A DNA stretch of 64,000 bases from Candidatus Eiseniibacteriota bacterium (GTDB lineage Bacteria; Eisenbacteria; RBG-16-71-46; CAIMUX01): assembly GCA_903844735.1 (NCBI GenBank), contig CAIMUX010000080.1:18820-82819 (forward strand). The letters run 5' to 3'. The position numbers and the translations under genes were made by a program. How positions within the stretch are numbered: position 1 is the first letter of the stretch; every line of letters begins with the position of its first letter. Below, piece by piece: positions 9,796 through 20,032 of this stretch. A model generated the notes under the pieces. That model worked only from the letters and a program-made list of their open reading frames with translations. It was not told the origin of the DNA and ran no database searches.

Positions 9796-11328
9796 ATGAT
9801 GGATCGTCCTCTTCACCGGCGCGAATTTCTCGGCGTCCTCGGGGGCGCCGCCGCGACCGGTGCCGTGTTCCTGTTGCCCGAACCGCTGGGCGACCTGTTT
9901 CGGCCGGGCAAGGCCGAGGCTGCCCTGCGCGGAATGTCGTTCCCCGTGAACGAGCCGATGGCCGGACGCATCCTGGCCGCTGCCCGCGCGCGGGGGGCGG
10001 ACTTTGCCGATCTGTACTGCGAGACGCGTGTCGTCACGCGGATCACCCTCGCCGACGGCCGCATCGAATCTTGCGAGCAGGGGGTCTACGCCGGCACCGG
10101 CGTGCGCGCGATGGACGACGACCGCACCGGCTACGCCTTCGCCGACTCGTTCGAGGAAGCGCCCCTCCTCTCGGCCGCGCGCGACGCGGCCGCCATCGCC
10201 TCCACGGGTGGCTGGGGGCGCTCCGCCTTCTCCTTCCGGCGCCCGTCACCCGGCTCCATCGTCCGAGTGCGGCGCCCGTTCGATGAGGTTTCGGTGGAGG
10301 AGCGGATTTCCTGGTTACGCCGCATCGATGCCACGGCCCGCGCCGCCGACCCGTCGATCCAGGTGGTGAACCTTGAATACAACGACGAGATGCAACGTTT
10401 CCTCGTGGCCACCACCGACGGCGCGTGGGCAGAGGACCTGCTGCCCAACATGTACCTTCGGATTAATGTGGTGGCGCTGAAGAACGGCCACCGCGGTCTG
10501 GGCAACGAAAGGATCAGCTTCCGAATGGGTGCGGAGCAGATGGACGGCGACGCCCCGGAGAGGGGAGCGCGCGAAGCGGCCCGGATGGCCATCGCGATGT
10601 GTGAGGCCGGCGACTCCCCGGCGGGTGAGATGCCCGTGGTTCTCGGCGCCGGCGGCGGAGTGCTGTTCCATGAGGCCGTAGGGCATGGGCTCGAGGCCGA
10701 CGCCGTCTGCCGCGGCACCTCCATGTTCGCGGGGAGGATCGGAGAGAAGGTCGCCTCCGATCGCGTGTCGGTCATCGATGCCGGCTCCCTGCCGAACCTG
10801 CGCGGTTCGTACAACTACGACGACGAGGGGCAGCCTCCACAGCGAAGCGTACTCATCGAGAACGGAATCCTGCGCGGCTTCATGAACGACCGCACGACAG
10901 CTCGACGGCTCAAGGTTCCGCGCACCGGCAACGGGCGGCGTCAGTCGTATCGTTTCCCACCGATCCCGCGGATGAGCAACACGTTCCTCGCCGAGGGTAC
11001 CGACACCGTGGAGGAGATCATCCAGAGCACCAGAAGTGGCATCTACGCACGCGTCCTGGGGGGCGGCGAGGTCGACACCACCACCGGCAACTTCACCTTC
11101 GGGATCCTCGAAGCCTACCGGATCGAGAGCGGAAAGGTGGGCGCTCCTGTGCGGGGCGCCACCCTGGTCGGCAACGGGCCGGAAACAATGAAGCGCATCG
11201 ACCGCGTGGCCGCGGACCAGAAGTTCTGGAACGGTACCTGCGGCAAGGGACAGTGGGTGCCCGTGACATCGGGCGCGCCGACGCTGCGCATTTCGGCGAT
11301 GACCGTGGGCGGCTCGGGACAAGCGTGA
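9796..11328 (+). CDS. tldD: TldD metalloprotease with an N-terminal twin-arginine signal
   Basis: HEAVGH (HExxxH) motif, GNGRRQSY, PRMSNT, GTCGK and PTLRI; N-terminus HRREFLG plus a hydrophobic stretch and AEA. Confidence 0.9.
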   Translation: MMDRPLHRREFLGVLGGAAATGAVFLLPEPLGDLFRPGKAEAALRGMSFPVNEPMAGRILAAARARGADFADLYCETRVVTRITLADGRIESCEQGVYAGTGVRAMDDDRTGYAFADSFEEAPLLSAARDAAAIASTGGWGRSAFSFRRPSPGSIVRVRRPFDEVSVEERISWLRRIDATARAADPSIQVVNLEYNDEMQRFLVATTDGAWAEDLLPNMYLRINVVALKNGHRGLGNERISFRMGAEQMDGDAPERGAREAARMAIAMCEAGDSPAGEMPVVLGAGGGVLFHEAVGHGLEADAVCRGTSMFAGRIGEKVASDRVSVIDAGSLPNLRGSYNYDDEGQPPQRSVLIENGILRGFMNDRTTARRLKVPRTGNGRRQSYRFPPIPRMSNTFLAEGTDTVEEIIQSTRSGIYARVLGGGEVDTTTGNFTFGILEAYRIESGKVGAPVRGATLVGNGPETMKRIDRVAADQKFWNGTCGKGQWVPVTSGAPTLRISAMTVGGSGQA

Positions 11329-11338
11329 GGAGGATGCA

Positions 11339-12814
11339 ATGAGCGGACAGCACCAAACCTGGAAGCGCCCCCACGGTGACGCCGCCGATCCGAGAACGAC
11401 CGGCGCGCTTGCGGCGGATCGCACACGCGCGGACATCGGGGGCCGTGACCCTCAAGCAACTCTCAACGCCGCGCTTTCGGTCCTGCGGGCCCAGGGAGCG
11501 CAGGGGGATGCCTTTCTTGAAAGCCGCCGCACGCTCGACCTCCGCGTTCGCGACGGAAAGCAGGATTCCATCACCCGCTCCGAGGTCCGCGGCCTGGCTG
11601 TGCGGGCCATGATGAACGGCCAGCTCGGCTTCTGCCACACCGGCAAGGCGACCCCATCGGGGGCTGCGGAGGCCGCGCGGCAGGCTTGCGATCTCGCGCG
11701 GGCAGCCTCCCCGCGCGACGACCTCGTCCTCGCCGAACCGGCGGGACCGGGCGACGGCAGCGACGAGGGGTTGGCATTGCAGCGCTGCGACGATTCGCTC
11801 GACGCTATGTCGATCGAAGAGAAGCTCGATTTCATTCGCCGGTGTGAATCGGCCGGTCGCGGCTTCGATCCGAAGATCAAACGCACCGATGGAGCAAGCT
11901 GGAACGAGGGGCTGTCCGCCAACTGGACCGCCAACACCAGCGGGCTCTTCCGTCACTACCGCGCCAGCTTCCTCTCGGCAAACCTCGGAGTGATCGCCGA
12001 GGAGAAAGGTGAGATGCAGCCGGGAGAGGTCGGCTGGGAGGGTGTTCGGCGGGCCGACCTTCCTTCCCCCGACGTCCTGGGGCGACGCGCCGGCGAGCGC
12101 GCCGTGCGCCTCCTGGGCGGCGCCCCGGTGGCCACCGGCCGCTTCCCGATCATCTTCAGCCCCGAGGCCGGGTGGGCTCTTCTCGTGTACCTCGCGAGTG
12201 CACTGAACGGGAACAGTCTTGCGCAACGCCGGAGCTGGCTCTCATCCATGCTGGAAGGCGGCGCCCAGCCGATCATCGGAAGTTCCTTGGTGACCGTTCG
12301 GGACGCCGGCCGCCTGCCGCAGGGACCGGGCCGCGCTCCCTACGACGGCGAGGGGGTGGACACCCGCTCAAACGTCCTGCTCGATAAGGGCCGGGTGACG
12401 GGCGTACTGTGTGACCTCGCCTCAGCGAAGCGACTCGGTCGAATCTCCACCGGAAACGCCAACCGCAACGGCTATGAAGCTCTGCCCCAGATCGGCGCGC
12501 ACAACCTGTATCTCGAACCGGGAACAACCACCGCCGAGCAGGTCGTGGCCGGCGTCGAGCGTGGCCTCTGGGTCTGGGGCCTCACCGGCTGGTGGATCGG
12601 GCTCGACCCGGGCAATGACCAGTTCTCCAGTGCGGCCTTCGGGCTCTGGATCGAGAACGGAAAGCCGGTGCGCCCGGTATCGCGCGTCACCATCGCAGGC
12701 AAGCTGCCGGAGATCCTCGGCGCCGTGGACATGGTGGCCAACGACCTCACCTGGGACCACAGCACGAGGACACCAACCTTCCGCGTGAGGGAGATGGCGC
12801 TGTCAGGCACCTAG
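11339..12814 (+). CDS. pmbA: TldE/PmbA family protein
   Basis: PYDGEG, STGNA, FSSAAFG and VTIAGKL motifs; no HExxxH; follows tldD. Confidence 0.88.
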   Translation: MSGQHQTWKRPHGDAADPRTTGALAADRTRADIGGRDPQATLNAALSVLRAQGAQGDAFLESRRTLDLRVRDGKQDSITRSEVRGLAVRAMMNGQLGFCHTGKATPSGAAEAARQACDLARAASPRDDLVLAEPAGPGDGSDEGLALQRCDDSLDAMSIEEKLDFIRRCESAGRGFDPKIKRTDGASWNEGLSANWTANTSGLFRHYRASFLSANLGVIAEEKGEMQPGEVGWEGVRRADLPSPDVLGRRAGERAVRLLGGAPVATGRFPIIFSPEAGWALLVYLASALNGNSLAQRRSWLSSMLEGGAQPIIGSSLVTVRDAGRLPQGPGRAPYDGEGVDTRSNVLLDKGRVTGVLCDLASAKRLGRISTGNANRNGYEALPQIGAHNLYLEPGTTTAEQVVAGVERGLWVWGLTGWWIGLDPGNDQFSSAAFGLWIENGKPVRPVSRVTIAGKLPEILGAVDMVANDLTWDHSTRTPTFRVREMALSGT

Positions 12815-12850
12815 CGACCGATCCCGATTCGTCGATATGCTTGGGGGCTC

Positions 12851-14323
12851 ATGAGGCCTTTTCGTTCACTGAGGGTGCGACTCGGCCCGGTCGGCCTGAT
12901 CGCCCTTTTCGCGGCCGTTCTCGTGGGCCACGTTGTGCCTTCATCATGGCTGGTTTCTTCGGCTTGGGCCGAGGCGGGACTCTCGGCACCGCCGGCCGGC
13001 CCGGCCTCACCGGGTCCGGCCGTGCCCGTCCACCCATCCACGACGCACGCTCTCGGCGCCACGCTGCCGATCGGCTGGATCACCCCCTTCGCGTTGATGC
13101 TCCTCTCCGTCGCTATCCTGCCCCTGGCGGCGGGGCGCTGGTGGGAACGACTCGGAAGCAAGACGATGGTGGCGGCCGTGCTGGCTGCGCCGGTGGCCGG
13201 CTTCTTCCTCGCGCGCCAACCCCACGACTTGGTCTTGGTGGCGAAGGACTACGTCGCCTTCATCGCCCTGCTCGGCAGCCTCTTCGTGATCGCGGGCGGA
13301 ATCCTCATCCGGGGCGATCTGCGCGCCACGCCGGCCGTGAACACCGCCTTTCTTGCCATCGGTGCCGTGCTGGCCAACCTCATCGGGACCACCGGAGCGA
13401 GCATGCTCCTCATTCGGCTGGTGCTGGAAACCAACTCCGAGCGCAAGCAGATCTCGCACGTCCCGATCTTCTTCATCTTCCTGGTAAGCAATATCGGCGG
13501 CTGCCTGACGCCCCTGGGCGACCCGCCCCTTTTCCTCGGGTACCTCCAAGGGGTGCCGTTTTCCTGGACGCTGAGCCTCTTCCCAGAGTGGGCCTTCATG
13601 GTGATTTCGCTGCTGGCGATCTTCTACTTCGTGGACCTTTGGGCCGTGCGCCACGAGACCATGGCCGCTCTCCGCCGAGACCGAGAGCGGATTCGACCTT
13701 TGCGCATAACCGGGGCGCACAACTTCATCTTCCTGCTCGGCGTGCTGCTGACCGTGCTCCTGGTGCGCGCCGAGATGCCGCGTGTGCTCCTGATGCTGGC
13801 CATGGGGGTCGCCAGTTACATCGCCACCAAGCGAGAGATCCACCGCGGGAACCATTTCTCGTTCTACCCGATCAGCGAGGTGGCCATCGTCTTCGCCGGC
13901 ATCTTCGTCACCATGATACCGGCACTCCTCATTCTCGAAGCGCGCGGGGCGAGCTTGGGGATCGATAAGCCTTGGCAGTTTTTCTGGCTTACGGGCGGGC
14001 TCTCCTCGTTTCTCGACAACGCCCCGACGTATCTGACCTTTACGCGACTAGCACTCGGCGTGTCGGGCCTCACCCCGGAACCGTCTGCACCGCTCTCGGT
14101 ACTCGTCCACCACGAGACGGGGGCGGCGCTTTTGCGCGCCATCGGCCTCGGGGCTGTCTTCATGGGGGCGAGCACCTACATTGGGAACGGCCCGAACTTC
14201 ATGGTCAAAGCGATCGTCGAACACCGGAAGGTCCGGATGCCCAGTTTCTTCGGGTACATGCTGTGGTCGGTCGGGATCCTCGTGCCGCTCTTCCTTCTCG
14301 TCACGGTCATCTTTCTGCTCTAG
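12851..14323 (+). CDS. Putative Na+/H+ antiporter (IT superfamily membrane protein)
   Basis: Polytopic; GTTGASMLLIR, SNIGGCLTPLGDPPLFLG, SSFLDNAPTY and TYIGNGPNFMVK motifs. Confidence 0.85.
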   Translation: MRPFRSLRVRLGPVGLIALFAAVLVGHVVPSSWLVSSAWAEAGLSAPPAGPASPGPAVPVHPSTTHALGATLPIGWITPFALMLLSVAILPLAAGRWWERLGSKTMVAAVLAAPVAGFFLARQPHDLVLVAKDYVAFIALLGSLFVIAGGILIRGDLRATPAVNTAFLAIGAVLANLIGTTGASMLLIRLVLETNSERKQISHVPIFFIFLVSNIGGCLTPLGDPPLFLGYLQGVPFSWTLSLFPEWAFMVISLLAIFYFVDLWAVRHETMAALRRDRERIRPLRITGAHNFIFLLGVLLTVLLVRAEMPRVLLMLAMGVASYIATKREIHRGNHFSFYPISEVAIVFAGIFVTMIPALLILEARGASLGIDKPWQFFWLTGGLSSFLDNAPTYLTFTRLALGVSGLTPEPSAPLSVLVHHETGAALLRAIGLGAVFMGASTYIGNGPNFMVKAIVEHRKVRMPSFFGYMLWSVGILVPLFLLVTVIFLL

Positions 14324-14366
14324 AGTATTCCAGGTGGCTCATCGTCGCGGAAATGCGAGGAGTTCG

Positions 14367-15212
14367 ATGGAGTGGTACTACCTGAAGGACGGAAAGACCA
14401 TGGGGCCGGTGCCCGAGGGGTCGATCCGGGCCTGGCTCGAGTCCGGGTTCCTCGTGCCGGAGGACCTGCTCTGGCGAGCCGGGATGACGGGGTGGCTCCC
14501 GGTTGTTGAGTTGACCGAGTTCGGCGGATCTGGAGGAACGGAACACGCCGGGGGCCCGGCGGACGAGAGCCTGGCAAGCAGCGCCCACGCGAGCGGGCCG
14601 CCCAAGGGAAGCCCGGAAGGCCCTGATGGCGTGTCCCCCGCGATCGGCGGTTCCGGTGGCGCTCCCTCCTCTATCGGCGGCCCCCACGGCACGCCTTCCT
14701 CCGTCGGCGGCCCGGGCAACGGGTATGCCGACTCCGGACGCGGTCATTCCGGCGCATCCCCCTGGGGCCGCCCGCCCGCCGAGTGGCCCGAGGCGCCCGC
14801 AACGTATGCCAACATCTGGGCACGGGCAGGCGCTGCCGCTGTCGATCTGATGCTCCTCGTTGCGGCGGTGCTCGTGGCCTTCCGGCCCGAACTGCCGACC
14901 ACTGGCAACTTTGAGGACATGGCCAAGCTCAACCCGGCCATTACCCCGGTCTTCATGGCAGTCGCTTGGCTCTATTTCGGGCTGATGGAAGGCTCGGCGC
15001 TCCAGGCGTCCCTGGGAAAGCTCGCGTTCGGGCTCAAGGTTACCGACCTCGACGGCAACAGGTTGCTGCCTGGTCGCGCGCTGGTACGTGGGCTTCTCAA
15101 GGTCGTGCTGATGGAGATCACGGCGTTCTTGAGTTTCCTGCCCGCGGCATTCAACTCCCGCCGGCAGGCGCTGCATGACATGGTGGCGGGGTCGACGGTC
15201 TTGGTCCGATAA
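14367..15212 (+). CDS. GYF_2 domain + RDD family membrane protein
   Basis: GAGGAG RBS; WYY...GPV...LWRAGMTGW (GYF_2); G/P/S-rich linker with 10-aa repeats; RAGAAAVD...SLGK...RQALHD (RDD). Confidence 0.85.
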   Translation: MEWYYLKDGKTMGPVPEGSIRAWLESGFLVPEDLLWRAGMTGWLPVVELTEFGGSGGTEHAGGPADESLASSAHASGPPKGSPEGPDGVSPAIGGSGGAPSSIGGPHGTPSSVGGPGNGYADSGRGHSGASPWGRPPAEWPEAPATYANIWARAGAAAVDLMLLVAAVLVAFRPELPTTGNFEDMAKLNPAITPVFMAVAWLYFGLMEGSALQASLGKLAFGLKVTDLDGNRLLPGRALVRGLLKVVLMEITAFLSFLPAAFNSRRQALHDMVAGSTVLVR

Positions 15213-15232
15213 CGATCATCCGTCCTTCACGC

Positions 15233-15547
15233 GTAACTCCGGTAGACAGAATTCCGGAAGAAGAGCGAGCCCGGGCGCTCACCGCCACGCCTCGCACGAC
15301 GATTACGAGCCGGGGCCCGCCGGTGTGTCTTTGCGCGCATCCGACCACGTGCTCGGATACGGAGCCCGCCGGAAACCGGAACAGCCCGCACACCCGCCCA
15401 CTGTGCGTGAACCCGGGCCACTCGCATCGGGCCACACTGGAGAGATGCTGGCCGAGGCCGTTGCTAACTAATACGTTAGACAGAATTCAGGCGTCAGAAT
15501 TCAGAATGGCCGCGCACCGAAAGACTTCTGCACACCTGAGTCGTCAC
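15233..15547. mobile_element. 315-bp MITE with GTAAC...GTCAC termini and an 8-bp target duplication (IS66-like ends)
   Basis: CTTCACGC at 15225-15232 and 15548-15555 flanks imperfect inverted termini; internal CAGAATT heptamers. Confidence 0.75.
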
Positions 15548-15575
15548 CTTCACGCTGGGACTCGCCCGGTCCCCG

Positions 15576-16724
15576 CTACCCCTCCACCCTCCGGTGCCTC
15601 CTCACCACCAACCAGACGAGAAACGGCGCGCCCAGCGCAGAGGTGACGGCTCCCACCGGCAATTCCAGCGGCGCCGCCACCGTCCGCGCCAGAGTATCCG
15701 CCACCACCGTGAGAATCGCCCCGAGCAGTGCCGATCCGGGCAAGACATAGCGATGATCCGCTGTCCGAAGAAAGCCGCGCGCGAGGTGCGGCACCATGAG
15801 CCCGACGAAGCCGACCACACCGCACGCCGCCACCGATGCCGCCGCCAGCAAGGACGAAAGGATGAGGATCCACCGCCGCACCGCACGGACCGGGCAGCCG
15901 AGGCTTTGCGCCACGTCATCTCCCCAAAGAAGAAGATTGAGGTCGCGTCCAAGCCACAGCGATCCCGCGCCGCCCACAACCAACGCACCGAGGAGCACCC
16001 ACACCTTTGACCACTCAGCGGCGGAGAAGGTCCCGAGCATCCACATCAGTGCCGCCTGGATCCCGTCGCGGCTGAAAACCAAGAAGACAGAGGTCAGGGC
16101 CGAGAAGACCGCCCCTACGGCAATGCCGATGAGCAGCAGCCCTTCCGATTGCAGAAATCGGATCCGGCGCGCCAGGGCGTAGACAAGAACCACCGAACCG
16201 ATCCCGCCGCCGAACGCCGCCAGGGCCACGAGATCAAACGGTCCACGGCGAAAGGTGAACCCCAGCGTCATCGCCGCGACGGCCGTCAACCCGGCACCCG
16301 AGCTCACGCCAACGACATAAGGCCCCGCCATCGGGTTCTGGAAAAAAGCCTGCAGAAGCGTGCCGCTCAGCGCCAGCGCCGCCCCCGCAAGCGCACCGAG
16401 AACCACGCGCGGGAGCCGCAACTCAAGCAGGATGTGATCGGTGGGATCCGCCGAGGCGGGGTGAAAAAGCGACGCAAAGAGCCGCCCCGGTGCGATACGC
16501 GCGGCCCCCACAAGGAGCGCCGCAATCGCGACCACCACGAGGAGCACCACCAGCAGGAAGAGGCGCGGGAACGGGGCCCCCCGGGGACGGGAAGCCTCCG
16601 CGTGCCCTTGGAGCCGCTGGCGGGCGGCGGCGATCGGGGTCCCGCGGACCGTGGCGCCGTCGACCATGGCCGGGTCGGCCGGGGATCCGACGGTCCCGCG
16701 GTCTTTCCCCCGCCCCGTGCTCAC
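15576..16724 (-). CDS. FecCD/BtuC family ABC permease
   Basis: LRLPR, QNPMAGPYVVGVSSGA, GFVGLMVPH and ELPVG motifs; GTG start overlaps the upstream stop (GTGA). Confidence 0.9.
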   Translation of the reverse strand: MSTGRGKDRGTVGSPADPAMVDGATVRGTPIAAARQRLQGHAEASRPRGAPFPRLFLLVVLLVVVAIAALLVGAARIAPGRLFASLFHPASADPTDHILLELRLPRVVLGALAGAALALSGTLLQAFFQNPMAGPYVVGVSSGAGLTAVAAMTLGFTFRRGPFDLVALAAFGGGIGSVVLVYALARRIRFLQSEGLLLIGIAVGAVFSALTSVFLVFSRDGIQAALMWMLGTFSAAEWSKVWVLLGALVVGGAGSLWLGRDLNLLLWGDDVAQSLGCPVRAVRRWILILSSLLAAASVAACGVVGFVGLMVPHLARGFLRTADHRYVLPGSALLGAILTVVADTLARTVAAPLELPVGAVTSALGAPFLVWLVVRRHRRVEG

Positions 16725-17839
16725 CGCGTTCCCGCCGTCCGAACGATCCCGGCAGGATCCGCCACCACCGGACACGCCCGATCCGGATGCAGACACGCCG
16801 CCAGCTCCCCGAGCACCCCGACCAATCTCGGCCCCGGCCGCTGCAGGCGCGCGGCCGGGATCCAGCAGATGCGCCTCTCGCGCAGCGCCGCCAGGCCCGA
16901 CCAGCCAGGCTTGGCCATCAACTCCTTGTAGGCGCGCGCCGGATCCTGATCCCCGGGAAGGGCGAGAAGCAGGAAGCGCGGCTGGTCAAGGATGATCCGC
17001 TCCAGCGACATCTGGGGCCACCCCGGAAGTGCTCCGGCGAGGTTCACACCCCCGGCCATACGCATCAGATCGTCAATGTGCGAGCCGGCACCGGCGGTCC
17101 AAGTCGGGAACTCGGGATCGGCGTAGTAGACCGTCGGCCGTTCCGCTGGTGGGATCGCTGAGGCCCATGACTCGTACGCTGCGAGGGCACCGCGAAACCA
17201 GGCCACGACCGAGTCGGCGCGGGCCGGATCGTCGGGACACGACACGGCGGCCACCGTCTCCATCATCTCCCCGACCCCACGCAAGCCTGTGCGATCGTCG
17301 AATGCGAACACCGGCAAGCCCAGCCGCCCCAGTTGCCCGAGGAGCGGCCGGGGATTGCCGCGCACCGCAAGCACCAGATCGGGTCGCTGTACAAGGATCA
17401 CCTCCGGTGAAGGGTCCACGATGCCGCCCACGACCGGCCGACGCTGGGCTGCCGGTGGATAGTCACAGAATCTGGTCACGCCGACAATGCGGCTCGAATC
17501 GACGCCAAGGACGAAGAGGATCTCGGTGACGCTGGGCGAGAGCGAAACAATGCGCCGGGGGCACGGCCCGGCGGACAGCGTGTCACCCAGCACATCGACG
17601 ATGGCCTGGCGAGAACCAGCCAGTCCGGCACCGACAAGCAAGGCCATGGCCTGGGGCGGCGGTTGTACAAGCAGGAACAATAACGCCCCCATGGCAGCTC
17701 GGTGCGGTCGCCTCGGCAGCGGCAGACGTGTCCAGCCCAGACGGGGCGTCACGGGACCGCCCGCCCCTACCGGCCGGGGAGTCGCGGGACTGTCCACCCG
17801 AAGCGCCCGGATGGTTCGGGCGATGCTCGATCGGCTCAC
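16721..17839 (-). CDS. Helical-backbone substrate-binding protein (BtuF/cobalamin-type); start uncertain
   Basis: RIVSLSPSVTE, GVTRFCDYP and RPGPRL motifs; GTGA overlap with the ATPase stop. Confidence 0.85.
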   Translation of the reverse strand: MSRSSIARTIRALRVDSPATPRPVGAGGPVTPRLGWTRLPLPRRPHRAAMGALLFLLVQPPPQAMALLVGAGLAGSRQAIVDVLGDTLSAGPCPRRIVSLSPSVTEILFVLGVDSSRIVGVTRFCDYPPAAQRRPVVGGIVDPSPEVILVQRPDLVLAVRGNPRPLLGQLGRLGLPVFAFDDRTGLRGVGEMMETVAAVSCPDDPARADSVVAWFRGALAAYESWASAIPPAERPTVYYADPEFPTWTAGAGSHIDDLMRMAGGVNLAGALPGWPQMSLERIILDQPRFLLLALPGDQDPARAYKELMAKPGWSGLAALRERRICWIPAARLQRPGPRLVGVLGELAACLHPDRACPVVADPAGIVRTAGTR

Positions 17840-18747
17840 GCCCCCCCTCCATCTCCCAACCCGTCCGCCTCGAATCGCCAACTGACACGCGGGCGTCCTG
17901 TCTCTGGATCGACCTGGACGCGCAACGGCGTCCGAAAGACGGACTCGAGGTTTGCCGAGGTCAACACTTGGGCAGGCGCCCCCTGGGCGATAACCCGCCC
18001 GCGATCCATGAGGACCAGTCTGTCGCAGAAGGCTGCGTGGAGTTCGATGTGGTGGTCTGCCACGATCGCTCCGACCCCGCGTTCCCGACAAAGGGACCTG
18101 ATCAGCTCGTAAATTCTCCTCTGGTATCCAAGGTCGAGGCTCGTGACCGGCTCATCGAGAAGAAGAACCCTGGCGTCCTGGGCGAGGGCCCGGCCGAGGA
18201 GAGCGCGCTGCCACTCGCCCCCGCTCAAGGTGCCTACCGCCCGATTGCGCAGTGTCGAAAGACCGACGCTCTCCAGCGCCTTCGCCACGACGTTTTGGTC
18301 CTCGGGCCGCTCCCGCCACGCCCGTCCGTGATGTGGATGCCTCCCCAGGGAGATCATCTCGCTAACTGTCCATTCAAACGGGGTTTCCGAGCGCTGGGGA
18401 ACCCAAGCCAAACATCGCGCCCTCGCTTCCGGAGACACCTTCTCCACTCGTTGTCCACAGATGTAGACAACTCCTCGCTGGGGTGTCGCCAATCCAGCCA
18501 TCAGTCGCAGATATGTCGACTTTCCGGCGCCGTTGGGACCGAGCAAACCAACGAGCTCCCCCGGCCAAACATCCAGCTTGTCGACATAGAGGAAGGTCGC
18601 GTGGCCGAACCCGAACTCGATTCCCTTGGCGCTGAGCAGAGGAGTCGCCGGGCTCTGGACGATGTCGTCACAATGCGCCGCAGGCGAGGGGGTTGTGCCT
18701 GATTCCAGCGGCATCCGCAGGACGCGGGTTGAAGGTTTCCTCCGCAT
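17836..18747 (-). CDS. ABC transporter ATP-binding protein (FepC/BtuD-type); start uncertain
   Basis: GPNGAGKS, LSGGEWQR and LLLDEP motifs. Confidence 0.9.
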   Translation of the reverse strand: MRRKPSTRVLRMPLESGTTPSPAAHCDDIVQSPATPLLSAKGIEFGFGHATFLYVDKLDVWPGELVGLLGPNGAGKSTYLRLMAGLATPQRGVVYICGQRVEKVSPEARARCLAWVPQRSETPFEWTVSEMISLGRHPHHGRAWRERPEDQNVVAKALESVGLSTLRNRAVGTLSGGEWQRALLGRALAQDARVLLLDEPVTSLDLGYQRRIYELIRSLCRERGVGAIVADHHIELHAAFCDRLVLMDRGRVIAQGAPAQVLTSANLESVFRTPLRVQVDPETGRPRVSWRFEADGLGDGGGA

Positions 18748-18764
18748 GGTGTAAACTAGAATCT

Positions 18765-19235
18765 ATGACGCAATCGGAAGCCACCATGCAGCGGTTCGGG
18801 GGCGATCGCAGACGGTGCCCGACGCCGGCCCTGAGCCGCTACACCTTCCTGGGTGGGCGGCGGCGCGGCCCTCGCCGAACGGCTGATCCCCAGTCTATTT
18901 ACGTCGACAGAGTTGGCTGGAGCCTGGCCTCGGTCCTCATCGTAATCTTCGTTTTCCATGTTCTCGACGCCTTGTTCACCCTGGCGCACATCGCTCGTGG
19001 AGGCGCCGAACTGAACCCGCTCATGGGTTTCTTCCTCAAGCAGGGCTCGGGAGCGTTTCTGACGGCGAAGCTCAGCATCGCGGGCCTGGGACTCCTCTTT
19101 CTTGGGTTCCACGGCCGCTTCCCCTTGGTTCGCAAGGGGATCGCCACGCTCTTCGTCCTCTATGCCTGCGTGGTCTGCTATCACGTCATCCTGATCTGGC
19201 AGACCGGTGTTCCGATCTGGCCAGCCCGCGGCTGA
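18765..19235 (+). CDS. DUF5658-like small membrane protein
   Basis: DRR/RRxxxRR N-terminus, DALFTL, ELNPLM and three hydrophobic segments. Confidence 0.7.
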   Translation: MTQSEATMQRFGGDRRRCPTPALSRYTFLGGRRRGPRRTADPQSIYVDRVGWSLASVLIVIFVFHVLDALFTLAHIARGGAELNPLMGFFLKQGSGAFLTAKLSIAGLGLLFLGFHGRFPLVRKGIATLFVLYACVVCYHVILIWQTGVPIWPARG

Positions 19236-19317
19236 CCTCTTCCAGCCGAACGGCGCGCTCCCTAGGCCAGCGGCCATCCTCGCCATCTCGCGACGAGCGG
19301 CTCGAACCGCGCGTGCG

Positions 19318-19881
19318 CTAGAACTTCACCTTGGGAGCCTGCGCCGCACCCTCCTGCGCCTCGAAAAGGCTTGCGCCCTTGAAGCCAAGCATCCCCCCGA
19401 AGAGCACGGTGGGGAAGCTGCGAAGCTGGATGTTGTAGTCCCGGGCGATCTCGTTGTAGCGACGACGTTCCACCGCGATGCGGTTCTCCGTCCCGGCCAG
19501 CTCGTCCTGAAGCCGTAGGAACGTCTGATCGGCCTTCAGGTTAGGGTACTGCTCCACGACCACGAGCAGCCGCGAGAGAGCGCCGGAAAGCTGGTCGTTG
19601 GCGGCCATTTTCTCGCTCACCGAGCCGGCCCCGGCCACCCGCGAACGCGCCTGGATCACCGCCTCCAGCGTCTCACGCTCGTGGGACGCGTACCCTTTGA
19701 CCGTCTCGACCAAATTCGGGATGAGGTCCATCCGGCGTTGGAGCTGATTCTCCACTTGCGCCCAGGCCGCCTTCACCCCTTCGTCCCCTCTCACGAGGCG
19801 GTTATAGGTCTTGAAGCCGAAAATGGCGACAACAAGGACAAGGCCGATGAGAGCGGCCGCGAAACAGCCGAGTTTTTTCAT
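19318..19881 (-). CDS. lemA: LemA family protein
   Basis: WAQVENQLQRRMDLIPNLVETVKGY, YPNLKA and ENRIAVERRRYN motifs. Confidence 0.93.
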   Translation of the reverse strand: MKKLGCFAAALIGLVLVVAIFGFKTYNRLVRGDEGVKAAWAQVENQLQRRMDLIPNLVETVKGYASHERETLEAVIQARSRVAGAGSVSEKMAANDQLSGALSRLLVVVEQYPNLKADQTFLRLQDELAGTENRIAVERRRYNEIARDYNIQLRSFPTVLFGGMLGFKGASLFEAQEGAAQAPKVKF

Positions 19882-20032
19882 TTGGTTTCTCCCCTGGATA
19901 TGGCTAACAACAGAGACGGCGACCGGCCGGCACACGCAGGGCGACACCGGGAGTGCCGACGGGTCGCGTCAGGCTGACAACAGCGCCGCGTGGGCACCGA
20001 AGTCCCGCGGCACCGCTGAGATTGACGATCTC

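Noticed and set aside
18700-18765. Cobalamin riboswitch ahead of the Btu-like transporter
   Set aside because: Intergenic space is too short and no B12-box is visible, so the substrate is left unassigned.
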